A DNA stretch of 64,000 bases from an uncultured Gammaproteobacteria bacterium (GCA_963807625.1 CAWECN010000011.1:114883-178882); one strand, 5' to 3'; shown: positions 11,177-21,942, counted from the first letter of the stretch. The notes: generated by a model not told the origin, from the letters alone. Translations and numbers: made by a program.

Positions 11177-12505
11177 ATGAAAGTACTTATCTTAGAAAAC
11201 GGACGTTTATTCCAGAAGATCCTGCAGGACCTGCTCATAGAGCTTGGCTGCACCGTCAGCTGCGTGCGCACCGGCGAGGAAGGCCTTGATCTGCTAGTAA
11301 ACACCGATGAAGAAACCAGATACGAGCTGATTATCGCGTCACAACACATCTTCGATAAAAGCGGTGCCGACTTCATCCAGCATTGCAAAAATTCCGAACT
11401 GAATACACCCATAATCCTGCTGACATCCGAGCCGAATGAAACCCTGTTAAAGAACGCACGCGCCGCAGGAATCAAAGATATTTTTCCAAAGACAAATATC
11501 ACCTATCTGAAGTCAAGCATTCGCTACTATATCCAGGGCGAGAAAAACTTCGATATACAGGGCGGCAGGATACTCTATGTCGAAGACAGTGCTTCGGTCG
11601 CACATATCGTAACCAAGTACCTTAAAAAACTTAACCTCGAAGTGACACACTTCTCTTCCGCAGAGGAAGCATTTCACGCCTTTGCCGATAACGAATATGA
11701 CCTGGTCATCACCGACGTGATGTTAGAAGGCACGATGGACGGCCTCTCCCTGGTGCGCATGATCCGTGCATCGAATACTCACTCGGCGAAAACACCGATA
11801 CTGGCGATGACCGGTCATGATGATAGTCAGCTACGTATCGATCTATTTCATGCTGGCATCAACGATTATGTTACCAAGCCACCGATCGAGGAAGAACTGG
11901 CTGCGCGGGTAAACAATCTGATCATAAATAAGCGTCTGGCCGACCGGGTACGCGAGCAGCAGCGCTCGCTTTACAATATCGCGATGACCGACCAGCTCAC
12001 GACCTGCCATAATCGGCACAGCCTTTCCGAGTTCGCGCCGAAATATATTAAAGATTCTGTCCGTTACGATTTTCCACTTAGCATCATGATCCTCGATCTC
12101 GATAATTTCAAACAGATCAATGATGAATTCGGACATACCACGGGTGATATCGTACTTTCAGAGATAGGCAAATTACTGATGACCACCTGCCGCCAGGGTG
12201 ATATCGTTTCGCGGATCGGCGGCGAAGAGTTTTTGACCCTGTTGCCGCACTGCAACATATACGATGCCATGAAAAAGGCGGAAGCAATCCGCGCCATGAT
12301 CGAGATGTCAAAACCCTCTGATTTAGAGGTGACTGCCAGTATAGGAGTCGCCTCACTGATCGAACAGCATGACGAAGACTTCGACAAGTTCTATAAAGCA
12401 GCCGACACCGCGGTCTATCACTCCAAAGAAAATGGTCGCAACCAGGTAACAGCAGACGCCGACAGTATCGAAGCCTCAGAAATAAAGCTTGCCAGTGGCG
12501 GATAA
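11177..12505 (+). CDS. Diguanylate cyclase response regulator (pseudo-REC - REC - GGEEF)
   Basis: Two receiver folds (the second has VED...ITDVM), TDQLT linker, DLDNFKQIND, RQGD I-site five residues before GGEEF, AADTAVYHSKENGRNQV. Confidence 0.92.
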   Translation: MKVLILENGRLFQKILQDLLIELGCTVSCVRTGEEGLDLLVNTDEETRYELIIASQHIFDKSGADFIQHCKNSELNTPIILLTSEPNETLLKNARAAGIKDIFPKTNITYLKSSIRYYIQGEKNFDIQGGRILYVEDSASVAHIVTKYLKKLNLEVTHFSSAEEAFHAFADNEYDLVITDVMLEGTMDGLSLVRMIRASNTHSAKTPILAMTGHDDSQLRIDLFHAGINDYVTKPPIEEELAARVNNLIINKRLADRVREQQRSLYNIAMTDQLTTCHNRHSLSEFAPKYIKDSVRYDFPLSIMILDLDNFKQINDEFGHTTGDIVLSEIGKLLMTTCRQGDIVSRIGGEEFLTLLPHCNIYDAMKKAEAIRAMIEMSKPSDLEVTASIGVASLIEQHDEDFDKFYKAADTAVYHSKENGRNQVTADADSIEASEIKLASGG

Positions 12506-12617
12506 GTTATCGGCCCGGTTTTAGACTGAACATAAAAACCTACTTTCCTTGTTGATTCTATTCGTTTTTTTTAAGCTAAATCAAATTTACAGGATAACAA
12601 TCTGCTAGAATGCGCGG

Positions 12618-13199
12618 ATGACAGAATTCGCCCTCATCCTGCTAAGCACCATACTGGTCAACAATTTTGTACTGGTCAAATTTCTTGGCCTGTGCCCGTT
12701 CATGGGTGTATCCCGAAAACTGGAAACCGCTATCGGTATGGCGCTGGCAACCACCTTCGTACTCACCCTGTCTTCAGTCAGCAGTTACCTGGTCAATGAG
12801 TACATCCTGGCGCCACTCGAACTGGAATATATGCGCACCATAATGTTTATCCTGGTGATCGCTGTGGTGGTGCAGTTCACCGAGATGGTCGTACATAAAA
12901 CCAGTCCGTTGCTATACAACGTGCTCGGTATCTTCCTGCCGCTGATCACTACTAACTGTGCCGTACTAGGAGTCGCTCTGCTCAATGTTCAGGAGCAGCA
13001 TGGATTTATACAGTCGCTGTTTTATGGCTTTGGCGCTGCCGTCGGCTTCTCCCTGGTACTGATCCTGTTCTCAGCACTACGAGAACGCATCAATGTCGCC
13101 GATGTTCCAGAGGCATTTCAGGGAACATCGATCGCACTAATCACTGCGGGCATCATGTCACTCGCGTTCATGGGATTTGCCGGCCTCATCAAGATATAG
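12618..13199 (+). CDS. rsxA: Rnf/Rsx electron transport complex subunit A
   Basis: [35 protein letters not shown]. Confidence 0.96.
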   Translation: MTEFALILLSTILVNNFVLVKFLGLCPFMGVSRKLETAIGMALATTFVLTLSSVSSYLVNEYILAPLELEYMRTIMFILVIAVVVQFTEMVVHKTSPLLYNVLGIFLPLITTNCAVLGVALLNVQEQHGFIQSLFYGFGAAVGFSLVLILFSALRERINVADVPEAFQGTSIALITAGIMSLAFMGFAGLIKI

Positions 13200-13217
13200 G
13201 TCCGAAGATTAACCAGC

Positions 13218-13778
13218 ATGTTAACTGTCATCATCACCCTTGCCATCATCACCAGCATATTCGGATTGCTGCTCGCCTACTCTGCAATCCGTTTCAAGGT
13301 CGAAGGTGACCCGGTAGTAGACAAGATAGATGCCCTGCTGCCGCAGACACAATGCGGCCAGTGCACATACGCGGGCTGCCGCCCCTATGCCGAAGCCATG
13401 GCTAAAGGCGAAGCTGATATCAACCAGTGCCCACCCGGCGGTGAAGCGACGATCATCGCGCTGGCGGATCTACTCGGCGTCGAGGTTAAGCCGTTGAATG
13501 CCGAGCATGGTGAAGTGAAGACCCTGCCGACGGTGGTACGTATCGATGAACAGACCTGTATCGGCTGCACGTTATGCATTCAGGCATGCCCTATCGACGC
13601 CATACTCGGTGCAGCAAAACAGATGCACACCGTCATCGAATCGGAATGTACGGGTTGTAATCTATGCATACCTCCGTGTCCGGTCGACTGTATCCACATC
13701 GTCGAAATCCAGCCGACAGTTCGCACCTGGACAGCTGAATTACCCGACGTTGCATATGCAGCTCCGCAGGCGAGATGA
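13218..13778 (+). CDS. rsxB: Rnf/Rsx subunit B (short form)
   Basis: [25 protein letters not shown], two CxxCxxCxxxCP ferredoxin motifs. Confidence 0.95.
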   Translation: MLTVIITLAIITSIFGLLLAYSAIRFKVEGDPVVDKIDALLPQTQCGQCTYAGCRPYAEAMAKGEADINQCPPGGEATIIALADLLGVEVKPLNAEHGEVKTLPTVVRIDEQTCIGCTLCIQACPIDAILGAAKQMHTVIESECTGCNLCIPPCPVDCIHIVEIQPTVRTWTAELPDVAYAAPQAR

Positions 13779-15439
13779 CCGGCAAGATTATTATGAACCA
13801 GACAGAAACACTCTCAACAGATAACAAGTTAGCCAAAATTGATGGTGGCCTGAGGCTGGTCGGGCATAAACATCTATCAACCGGTTCAAAGATCACGACC
13901 CTGGAGCCGTGCAAATCATACATCGTGCCACTACAGCAGCATATCGGCGCCATCAGTCAGCCGCTGGTAAAAGCTGGTGACAGGGTATTGAAAGGACAGA
14001 TGCTGGCAAGGCCCGGTGACCTGGTGAGCGCTGCCGTGCACTCGCCGGTTTCAGGTACCGTTAGCGAAATCAGACAACATGATATCCCGCACATATCAGG
14101 TCTATCCGATCTGTGTGTTTTTATCGAGAATGACTTTAAAGATGAATGGCTAGAACGCAGACCGATCGGTGATGACTACAACAACACCACCTCATCGGAC
14201 TTGCGCAAAATCGTTCGTGATGCCGGCATCGTCGGCCTCGGTGGTGCGACTTTCCCATCTGCAGTCAAACAGACTGAGATGAACATAAAGACACTGATCC
14301 TCAACGGTGTCGAATGCGAACCTTACATCACCTGTGACGATGCCCTGATGCGCGAACATGCCGCAGAGGTCATATCTGGTGCTGACATAATCGGCCACAT
14401 CATCAAAGCCAGGCAATGCATCATCGCCGTCGAAGACAACAAGCCCGAGGCAATAAAGGCTCTACAGTCTGTTATCGATCAAGATGGTACCGATTATTTC
14501 AGTATTCGGGTCGTACCTACTATCTACCCAAGTGGTGGCGAAAAACAGTTAATACAGATCATCACCGGTCAGGAAGTTCCCAAAGGCCGTTTCCCGGCGG
14601 AACTAGGCATACTGTGCCATAACGTGGCCACAGCCTATGCCATCCACCGTGCCGTGTATCTGGATGAACCACTAATCTCACGCATCGTAACGATCACTGG
14701 CCACGGTGTAGCCCATCCACAGAACATCGAGGCACTGATAGGCACACCGATGCAAAAATGTATCGAACATTGCGGTGGTTATACCGAGGATAGCGATGAA
14801 CTCATAATGGGTGGCCCGATGATGGGCTTTTCTCTGCCATCGGATGAATTACCGATAATCAAAGCGAGCAACTGCCTGCTGGTTAGCGCCAGCCAGGAAA
14901 ACATACATCGAAAGAAACACCTGCCCTGTATCCGCTGCGGTAAATGTGTCGATGCATGCCCGGTAAGATTGTTACCGCAACAACTATACTGGTACGCTAG
15001 CAGCCAGAACACCGACCGACTCATCGAACACAACCTGTTTGACTGTATCGAATGCGGCTGCTGCGCCTACGTCTGCCCCAGTGATATCCCGCTGGTACAA
15101 TATTATCGCTATGCCAAAACGACCATATGGCAGCAGGAGCGCGAACGTAAATCGTCAGACATAGCGCGTGAACGCCATGAAGCGCATCAGCGCAGACTGG
15201 AAAAGATCAAGCTCGAACGCGAAGATAAGATGCGTAAAAAACGCGAGTTACTGAAAAAGAAATCAGAGCAACAGGCCAGCGAAAACAAGGGTAATGAAAA
15301 GAACAGCAAACAGGCCGCCATCGCCGAAGCGATAGCACGCGCCCAGGCTAAAAAAGCTGAAAGAAATAAAGACCAGGGAAATTCTCAGCAGCAAAACACA
15401 GACCTGGAAAATAAAAACAAAGAGACCGGTCAGAACTGA
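13775..15439 (+). CDS. rsxC: Rnf/Rsx subunit C
   Basis: [58 protein letters not shown]; charged C-terminal tail. Confidence 0.96.
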   Translation: MTGKIIMNQTETLSTDNKLAKIDGGLRLVGHKHLSTGSKITTLEPCKSYIVPLQQHIGAISQPLVKAGDRVLKGQMLARPGDLVSAAVHSPVSGTVSEIRQHDIPHISGLSDLCVFIENDFKDEWLERRPIGDDYNNTTSSDLRKIVRDAGIVGLGGATFPSAVKQTEMNIKTLILNGVECEPYITCDDALMREHAAEVISGADIIGHIIKARQCIIAVEDNKPEAIKALQSVIDQDGTDYFSIRVVPTIYPSGGEKQLIQIITGQEVPKGRFPAELGILCHNVATAYAIHRAVYLDEPLISRIVTITGHGVAHPQNIEALIGTPMQKCIEHCGGYTEDSDELIMGGPMMGFSLPSDELPIIKASNCLLVSASQENIHRKKHLPCIRCGKCVDACPVRLLPQQLYWYASSQNTDRLIEHNLFDCIECGCCAYVCPSDIPLVQYYRYAKTTIWQQERERKSSDIARERHEAHQRRLEKIKLEREDKMRKKRELLKKKSEQQASENKGNEKNSKQAAIAEAIARAQAKKAERNKDQGNSQQQNTDLENKNKETGQN

Positions 15440-15453
15440 CCGGTTAGAAAATA

Positions 15454-16512
15454 ATGTTATTCAAACGCACGCCATCGCCGCATATAAAACAGAGCATCAC
15501 TGTCCAGGATATGATGCTCAAAGTCCTGTACGCCCTGATACCGGGCGCGCTCGCTTCGATATATTTCTTTGGCTGGGGCGTGTTGTTCAACCTGCTGATC
15601 GCGATCAGCGTCTGCCTGACAAGCGAAGCAGTAATATTGAAACTGCGGCAACGTGATGTTACTGATAGCTTACTGGATGGCAGCGCACTGATCACAGCCT
15701 GCCTGCTCGCGCTTGCACTACCCTCCCTCGCGCCATGGTGGATAACAGTTATTGCATCTATCTCTGCTATCGCCGTGGCAAAACACCTGTACGGTGGATT
15801 AGGCTTCAACCCGTTTAACCCGGCGATGGTCGGCTACATCGTGGTGATGATATCTTTTCCCCTTGAGATGACCTTATGGACAGCACCGATAGGCGTGCCT
15901 ATTGGTACCGGCAGTGGCTGGCCCGATTTTGCCACCACCTTTAACTGGGTATTCCTGGGTGTTTTACCATACGGCGAGACGATCGACAGCATATCGATGG
16001 CAACCCCGATCGAACTGATCAAAACCCAGCTCAGCCAGATGCACGACGTCACAGAGACGAGAAACAATGCACAATACAGTGCTTTGTTTTCCAGTATCAG
16101 CGGAACCGGCTGGCAGTGGATCAATATCCTTTACCTCGTTGGTGGTATATGGCTCGTCAAAAAAGGGGTTGCCGACTGGCGTATCCCTACTGCCTTCCTC
16201 CTCAGCCTGGTACTGATCTCCAACCTGTTCGCCGTCATGGATTACTCGGTCAACAGCTCGGCACTGTTCCATGCGTTTAGTGGCGGCACCATGTTATGTG
16301 CATTTTTTATCGCCACTGATCCGGTTAGCGCAAGCACGACACCAAAGGGGCGCTGGATATATGGCGCAAGTATCGGCGCACTGGTATATATCATCCGCAA
16401 CTGGGGTGGCTACCCTGATGGCATCGCTTTTGCCGTGGTCTTGATGAACATCGCTGCACCGTTGATCGACTATTACACACAGCCAAAAGTGTATGGTGAT
16501 CCTAATAAATAA
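15454..16512 (+). CDS. rsxD: Rnf/Rsx subunit D
   Basis: SPHIK, AKHLYGGLGFNPFNPAMVG, DSISMATP (FMN attachment site), FIATDPVSASTT, GYPDGIAFA. Confidence 0.96.
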   Translation: MLFKRTPSPHIKQSITVQDMMLKVLYALIPGALASIYFFGWGVLFNLLIAISVCLTSEAVILKLRQRDVTDSLLDGSALITACLLALALPSLAPWWITVIASISAIAVAKHLYGGLGFNPFNPAMVGYIVVMISFPLEMTLWTAPIGVPIGTGSGWPDFATTFNWVFLGVLPYGETIDSISMATPIELIKTQLSQMHDVTETRNNAQYSALFSSISGTGWQWINILYLVGGIWLVKKGVADWRIPTAFLLSLVLISNLFAVMDYSVNSSALFHAFSGGTMLCAFFIATDPVSASTTPKGRWIYGASIGALVYIIRNWGGYPDGIAFAVVLMNIAAPLIDYYTQPKVYGDPNK

Positions 16513-16515
16513 GAT

Positions 16516-17169
16516 ATGAGTTTCTCAAGCACACAGATGAAAACGATCTTCATAACAGCATCATTACTTATGCTATTTGCTGTCATTGGTGGCGCCCTGG
16601 TAGGCCTGACCTTCACGCAGACCGAGGACGACATCAAACATAACGAAAAACTGACCTTACTAAAAAAACTAAATAATATTATCCCGGCAGAATCCTACGA
16701 TAACGATCTACTGCTGGACATCATAACCCTCAAAGCGAACCCACTGCTGGGAACCGATGAAGAGTCACTGGCTTATCGGGCACGAAAAAACAGTGAGAAT
16801 GTAGCCGTGGTTTTTTCCAGTATCGCGCCCAACGGTTACAACGGGCCTATAGACCTGCTCGTCGGTATTGAAGCAGACGGTACCCTTGCCGGGGTCAGAG
16901 TGGTTAAACATCGTGAGACACCCGGACTAGGTGATGTTGTCAGCAGCACTCACTCGGACTGGATCTTTGGCTTTGACGGTAAATCACTCAGCAACCCCGA
17001 GCATAAAGGCTGGAAAGTAAAACGCGACGGTGGTGTATTTGACCAGTTTACCGGCGCTACCATCACCCCACGCGCTGTGGTGAAAGCTGTACATAATGCT
17101 TTGTTATACTTTGATCAGAATCAGGTTACATTATTCAGTACGCCATCTAAAAAGGCAGAACAACCATGA
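16516..17169 (+). CDS. rsxG: Rnf/Rsx subunit G
   Basis: [33 protein letters not shown] (FMN-binding Thr). Confidence 0.96.
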   Translation: MSFSSTQMKTIFITASLLMLFAVIGGALVGLTFTQTEDDIKHNEKLTLLKKLNNIIPAESYDNDLLLDIITLKANPLLGTDEESLAYRARKNSENVAVVFSSIAPNGYNGPIDLLVGIEADGTLAGVRVVKHRETPGLGDVVSSTHSDWIFGFDGKSLSNPEHKGWKVKRDGGVFDQFTGATITPRAVVKAVHNALLYFDQNQVTLFSTPSKKAEQP

Positions 17170-17885
17170 GCGACGACACAGAAATAAAAACCGCTACGCT
17201 GACAGGTATACCAGCAGCAGACATCAGTAAGAATGGCCTGTGGAAGAACAACGTTGCACTCGTCCAGCTGCTAGGCCTGTGCCCGTTGCTTGCGGTTACC
17301 GGCACGGTGATCAACGGACTGGGACTGGGAATCGCTACACTGATGACACTGGTATTATCCAATAGCCTGGTATCACTGATCCGCCCATGGTTGAAGTCAG
17401 AAATTCGCATCCCTGTATTCGTACTGATCATTGCCTCTATCGTGACCACCATCGAACTGATCATGAATGCCTGGTTCCATGAACTATATCTCGTGCTCGG
17501 TATCTTCATCCCGCTGATCGTCACCAACTGCTCGATCATCGCACGTGCAGAAGCATTCGCTTCGAAGAACAATCTGATGGACTCAGCGCTTGATGGTTTC
17601 ATGATGGGACTGGGTTTCACACTGGTCCTGGTGGTACTCGGCGGCATGCGTGAAATGATCGGCTTCGGCACACTGTTCGCCAATGCCCAGCTCATGTTTG
17701 GCAGTGTCGGTGAAAGCATGACCATCACATTCAGTGAGAACTACCCCGGGTTCCTGCTCGCTGTTTTACCTCCCGGTGCGTTTATCGGTTTAGGTTTACT
17801 TATCGCGCTTAAGAACATCATCGATAAACGCCAGAGTGCAACACAGGCCGTAGTTGTTGAGGACGCGAGCCCCGTAGCAAGTTAG
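17166..17885 (+). CDS. rsxE: Rnf/Rsx subunit E
   Basis: [44 protein letters not shown]. Confidence 0.96.
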   Translation: MSDDTEIKTATLTGIPAADISKNGLWKNNVALVQLLGLCPLLAVTGTVINGLGLGIATLMTLVLSNSLVSLIRPWLKSEIRIPVFVLIIASIVTTIELIMNAWFHELYLVLGIFIPLIVTNCSIIARAEAFASKNNLMDSALDGFMMGLGFTLVLVVLGGMREMIGFGTLFANAQLMFGSVGESMTITFSENYPGFLLAVLPPGAFIGLGLLIALKNIIDKRQSATQAVVVEDASPVAS

Positions 17886-17897
17886 CCTGGATTTAAT

Positions 17898-18530
17898 ATG
17901 AACAGAGACAAACGCTACGAAATATTTTCACGCCTGCAGAAAGACAACCCGGAACCAACGACCGAACTCAACTATAACTCCACCTTCGAATTATTGATCG
18001 CAGTCATCCTGTCTGCACAGGCGACCGACAAGAGCGTCAACATCGCAACCGCAAAACTCTACCCGATTGCTAACACCCCCGAAGCAATCTATAAACTTGG
18101 CGAAGACGGCTTGAAAGAATATATCAAGACCATCGGCCTGTTTAATAGCAAAGCTAAAAACATCATCAAGACCTGCAAGATACTGATCGAAGAACATGAC
18201 AGCAAGGTACCGGATGATCAGAAAAAACTCGAAGCCCTGCCCGGCGTCGGCAGAAAAACAGCAAACGTCGTTCGTAACACTGCTTTCGGTCACCCTGCCA
18301 TGGCTGTCGATACGCATATATTCCGGGTATCGAACCGCACAAAAATCGCACCCGGCAAGAACGTACTGGAAGTCGAAAAGAAGTTACTAAAATTTATTCC
18401 CAGAGAATTTCTGGTAGACGCACACCACTGGTTGATCTTACTCGGCAGGTATACCTGTGTGGCTCGCAAACCACGCTGCGGCTCGTGCTTGATAGAAGAT
18501 CTCTGTGAATATAAAGACAAGGCCGATTGA
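17898..18530 (+). CDS. nth: Endonuclease III
   Basis: LLIAVILSAQATD, HhH LPGVGRKTANVV, AVDTHIFRV, C-terminal CxxxxxxCxxCxxxxxC. Confidence 0.97.
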   Translation: MNRDKRYEIFSRLQKDNPEPTTELNYNSTFELLIAVILSAQATDKSVNIATAKLYPIANTPEAIYKLGEDGLKEYIKTIGLFNSKAKNIIKTCKILIEEHDSKVPDDQKKLEALPGVGRKTANVVRNTAFGHPAMAVDTHIFRVSNRTKIAPGKNVLEVEKKLLKFIPREFLVDAHHWLILLGRYTCVARKPRCGSCLIEDLCEYKDKAD

Positions 18531-18573
18531 CGCCTTTGGCATTCCCCGGTAATCAGCTTCACTAAAGGTCGCC

Positions 18574-19101
18574 CTACATCTCAGAGATCATCCGACCAAA
18601 TTCTTCCACCTGCTTCCAGTCTGTATAGTCAATAGTCACCGTAGGATCAGTAGGCCCCTTAGTCATCCACATGATCAACCTGATTATGTTTCGGTCCCAG
18701 AAACTGTATCTAGGGTAATCTATCTTGCCTGCAAACACCGCTAGTTTTTCTGGCTCCCAGGCAATCTCTTTAAGAAATTTCTTCAAGTATGGATTTGTAT
18801 CCGGTTGTCTTTTCGCAGGTTTACGCGCGACAACATTTACAGAGAAAAATGCATTCGGTTTGTTTTCTAAAACCGACAAGTTTGTTTCTATAAACTCATA
18901 TATTTTTATATCGTGTTTACCGTATCGGATACTTGCACCGATAACAATCTTATCGAACGGCTTTAGATCGGTTTCATCAGCATCATCGATATCTACCAGT
19001 GTCACCTGGTCACCGAGCGCTTCGACCACCTGCTCGAGATATGAGCAGATCTCCCGGGTATGGCCATCAGTTGTTGCATAGATAATTATAATATTTGACA
19101 T
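18574..19101 (-). CDS. hemG: Menaquinone-dependent protoporphyrinogen IX dehydrogenase (flavodoxin fold)
   Basis: YATTDGHTREI, IVIGASIRYGKH, AFFSVNVVARK, NPYLKKFL, VFAGKIDYPRYSFWDRNIIRLIMWMTKGPTDP, YTDWKQV. Confidence 0.9.
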   Translation of the reverse strand: MSNIIIIYATTDGHTREICSYLEQVVEALGDQVTLVDIDDADETDLKPFDKIVIGASIRYGKHDIKIYEFIETNLSVLENKPNAFFSVNVVARKPAKRQPDTNPYLKKFLKEIAWEPEKLAVFAGKIDYPRYSFWDRNIIRLIMWMTKGPTDPTVTIDYTDWKQVEEFGRMISEM

Positions 19102-19271
19102 GTGTTAAATACTCATCTGTAAAATCAATATTACAATATACCGAAACATATATTCCTACAATGATGACTTATGATCTTTCTCCCTGTTGGTAATGACCGT
19201 AATTTATTTACTACCTGAGATAAATTTGTATTACTATACAAACCATTCTTGAATAATCGACCTATGCACAA

Positions 19272-19703
19272 ATGTTTGGTAATAACAGAAACGAATTACG
19301 CCAGGTGTACCTGTCCTGCTGGCAACTGAAAAAAAACAATCTACCGATGGACCCCATGCAGGAAGTCGTGGCGCATATCGTAGAGCTCCATCCTGAATAC
19401 CACCAGTTACTGGAAGATCAGGAAGTGGTCGATAAAGATTTCTCAGCCGAGATGGGTGAGACTAACCCGTTCCTGCATATGAGTATGCATATCGCGCTGC
19501 ACGAACAGATAAGCACCAACCGACCTGAAGGCATCAATGACTGCTATCAGAAATTATGCCTGCTTCAGGGTGGTCCACATGATGCCGAGCACCAGATGAT
19601 GGAATGTCTGGGAGAAGCGCTATGGAATGCGCAGCGCGACCAGACAGCACCAGATGAAACTAAATACTTAGATTGTCTTAAAAAAATCGCTCAAATTTCT
19701 TAA
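19272..19703 (+). CDS. DUF1841 family protein
   Basis: HPEYH, GETNPFLHMSMHIALHEQIS, HDAEHQMMECLGEALW. Confidence 0.88.
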   Translation: MFGNNRNELRQVYLSCWQLKKNNLPMDPMQEVVAHIVELHPEYHQLLEDQEVVDKDFSAEMGETNPFLHMSMHIALHEQISTNRPEGINDCYQKLCLLQGGPHDAEHQMMECLGEALWNAQRDQTAPDETKYLDCLKKIAQIS

Positions 19704-19718
19704 ATTTAAAAAAACATC

Positions 19719-19746
19719 TGAACTTACAATAAACTGGCTTGTCTTT
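19719..19746 (+). promoter_or_regulatory. SigmaE/AlgU-like ECF promoter upstream of the EGKCG precursor
   Basis: TGAACTT (19719-25), 16-nt spacer ending in G, TCTTT (19742-46); resembles the GAACTT-N16/17-TCnnA consensus. Confidence 0.55.
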
Positions 19747-19815
19747 GATTGCGACAACAATGTACACTCAGCCATGCTAATAAATGTGGCATCTAAATAT
19801 CTGGAGATAAACTTA

Positions 19816-20148
19816 ATGAAAAATACTATGAAAAAATCACTGTCAGCTGCAGCAGGCGTAACATTCGTAGCAGCCATGTCTGCTTCACCGATCGCTAACG
19901 CTGATGCAAACCCGTTTGGTATGCAGAACCTGGAAAGTGGTTACATGCAGGTCGCTGAAGGTAAATGTGGCGAAGGTAAATGTGGCGAAGGCAAGTGCGG
20001 CGAAGGTAAAAAAGCTGGTAAAGAAGGCAAATGCGGCGAAGGTAAAAAAGCTGACAAAGAAGGAAAGTGTGGCGAAGGCAAATGTGGCGGCGATAAAGCT
20101 AAAGAAGCGAAGTGTGGTGAAGGCAAATGCGGCGAAGGTAAAAAATAG
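19816..20148 (+). CDS. MNIO RiPP precursor, HvfA/oxazolin-type (EGKCG repeats), Sec-exported
   Basis: GGAGA RBS before ATG 19816; signal peptide ending PIANA; DANPF..L.SGY motif; 8 Cys in 7x EGKCG plus 1x EAKCG; DUF692/DUF2063/DoxX genes 1.8 kb downstream. Confidence 0.88.
   Translation: MKNTMKKSLSAAAGVTFVAAMSASPIANADANPFGMQNLESGYMQVAEGKCGEGKCGEGKCGEGKKAGKEGKCGEGKKADKEGKCGEGKCGGDKAKEAKCGEGKCGEGKK
19957..20145 (+). repeat. Coding 15-bp repeat (GAAGGYAARTGYGGY) encoding EGKCG units
   Basis: Imperfect tandem 15-nt units interrupted by EGKKAGK, EGKKADK and GDKAK spacers. Confidence 0.9.
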
Positions 20149-20178
20149 ATCTTCGATCTAACGACACACAACTCGTTT

Positions 20179-20214
20179 GATAAAAAAGCCTCGGTCCAAC
20201 GAGGCTTTTTTATC
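20179..20214. terminator. Intrinsic terminator after the precursor gene
   Basis: GATAAAAAAGCCTCG-GTCCAA-CGAGGCTTTTTTATC; perfect 15-bp arms. Confidence 0.9.
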
Positions 20215-20350
20215 ACCCGCTATAAATAACAAATATATATTATTATCGAAAAATACCCCGTATTATCAAATAACTATTGAACCAACCTTGTAAATAGAAT
20301 ACTAAAGTTTGGGATCAATGAATAATAGCCAATATAATTCAGGGGTGAAT

Positions 20351-21853
20351 ATGTTTTCTGGTGAATCATTCGGACTCGAAGTCCTGGGCTGGGTGGCAAC
20401 TGTTTTCATCTTTGCTGTTGGTCTATTTATCCTCTTCCTGATCGGCGTCTATATCGCAGACGTCACCCAGACTAAACAGGCCATCAGGCGAAACTATCCG
20501 GTTATCGGTCACTTCCGATATTATTTCGAACATATCGGTACATTCTTCCGCCAATATTTTTTCACCATGGACCGAGAAGAAATGCCGTTCAACCGGGCAC
20601 AACGTTCATGGGTCTATCGTGCCGCAAAAGATATAGATAACACGGTCGCGTTTGGCTCTACCCGTGATATCAAACCCAGCGGCACCGTCCTGTTCGTCAA
20701 TACCGCTTTCCCCACTTTGGGAAAGGATGCCGTTGACTGCAAGCCTGTGATCATCGGTGAAAAATCTGCCAGGAGACCATTCACTGCAAACTCATTTTTT
20801 AACATATCTGGCATGAGTTACGGCGCCATTTCAAAACCTGCAATACAGGCATTATCTTATGGTGCAAATAAAGCCCGTGCCTGGATGAACACCGGTGAAG
20901 GTGGCCTGTCTCCCTATCACCTGGAAGGCGGTGCTGATATCGTTTTTCAGATAGGTACTGCGAAATACGGGGTACGCGATAAAGATGGAAAGCTATCTGA
21001 TGAGAAGTTGCGTGAGATAGCCGCCCATGAGAACGTCAGGATGTTCGAGATAAAGATGTCCCAGGGCGCAAAACCGGGAAAAGGTGGTATCTTACCCGCC
21101 GCTAAAGTCAGTGAAAAGATAGCTGAGATCCGCGGCATAACTGTCGGCAGCGACTCCATCAGCCCTAACCGTCACCCTGAAATCGCCAACAATGACGACC
21201 TGATAGATATGATAAATCATGTCCGTGAGGTCACCGGAAAGCCTGTCGGTTTCAAAGCCGTAATCGGCGACAAAACATGGATGGGGGAGTTCCTGGCCGC
21301 CGTCAACAAACGTGGTAAAGAGACCGCACCAGATTTCATCACTATCGATAGTGCCGATGGTGGTACCGGTGCTGCGCCCATGAGCCTGATCGATTATGTC
21401 GGCATGCCGATCAATGAAAGCCTGCCGCGTGTCATCGATAAGATCAGTGAAGCTGGCTTGCGTGACCGGATAAAAGTGATCGCATCAGGTAAATTGATCA
21501 ACCCTGCTGAAGTAGCATGGGCCTTATGCGTCGGCGCCGACTTCATTACATCTGCACGTGGCTTCATGTTCTCACTGGGTTGCATCCAGGCCCTGCAATG
21601 TCACAAGAATACCTGTCCCACAGGAATAACTACACATGACAGAAAGTTGCAGCGCGGCCTTGTTGCTGAGCAAAAATCGTCACGCGTCGCCAATTACATC
21701 AAGAACATCGGCTACGAAGTGGGCATCATTGCGCACTCCTGCGGGGTGCAGCATCCGCGCCAGCTCAGCCGAAGACATGCGCGTATCGTGCAGGAAAATG
21801 GTACCTCCGCCTTGCTCGCCGACATCTACCCGGATAAGACGCCCATCGATTAA
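20351..21853 (+). CDS. Stand-alone FMN-binding glutamate synthase family protein with N-terminal TM helix
   Basis: NISGMSYGAIS, NTGEGG, FQIGTAKYG, EIKMSQGAKPGKGG, DSADGGTGAAP, [3Fe-4S] motif GCIQALQCHKNTCPTG; no GATase domain. Start 20351 chosen from the AGGGG RBS. Confidence 0.9.
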   Translation: MFSGESFGLEVLGWVATVFIFAVGLFILFLIGVYIADVTQTKQAIRRNYPVIGHFRYYFEHIGTFFRQYFFTMDREEMPFNRAQRSWVYRAAKDIDNTVAFGSTRDIKPSGTVLFVNTAFPTLGKDAVDCKPVIIGEKSARRPFTANSFFNISGMSYGAISKPAIQALSYGANKARAWMNTGEGGLSPYHLEGGADIVFQIGTAKYGVRDKDGKLSDEKLREIAAHENVRMFEIKMSQGAKPGKGGILPAAKVSEKIAEIRGITVGSDSISPNRHPEIANNDDLIDMINHVREVTGKPVGFKAVIGDKTWMGEFLAAVNKRGKETAPDFITIDSADGGTGAAPMSLIDYVGMPINESLPRVIDKISEAGLRDRIKVIASGKLINPAEVAWALCVGADFITSARGFMFSLGCIQALQCHKNTCPTGITTHDRKLQRGLVAEQKSSRVANYIKNIGYEVGIIAHSCGVQHPRQLSRRHARIVQENGTSALLADIYPDKTPID

Positions 21854-21881
21854 TTAACCTGGATTAGTTAATCACATGGCA

Positions 21882-21910
21882 TGAACTAATACAGCCGCAG
21901 CAAGGTCAAC
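21882..21910 (+). promoter_or_regulatory. SigmaE/AlgU-like ECF promoter upstream of doxX
   Basis: TGAACTA (21882-88), 17-nt spacer ending in G, TCAAC (21906-10). Confidence 0.5.
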
Positions 21911-21942
21911 AAAAGCAACCGATAAAAACTCAAGGAAATACT

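Noticed and set aside
12618-18530. rnf cluster as evidence for nitrogen fixation
   Set aside because: The order rsxABCDGE-nth near metG is the housekeeping arrangement; no nif genes or rnfH are in the window.
19941-20216. Minus-strand ORF with LPSPH repeats
   Set aside because: It is the antisense shadow of the EGKCG repeats; the + strand frame has the RBS, signal peptide, terminator and family context.
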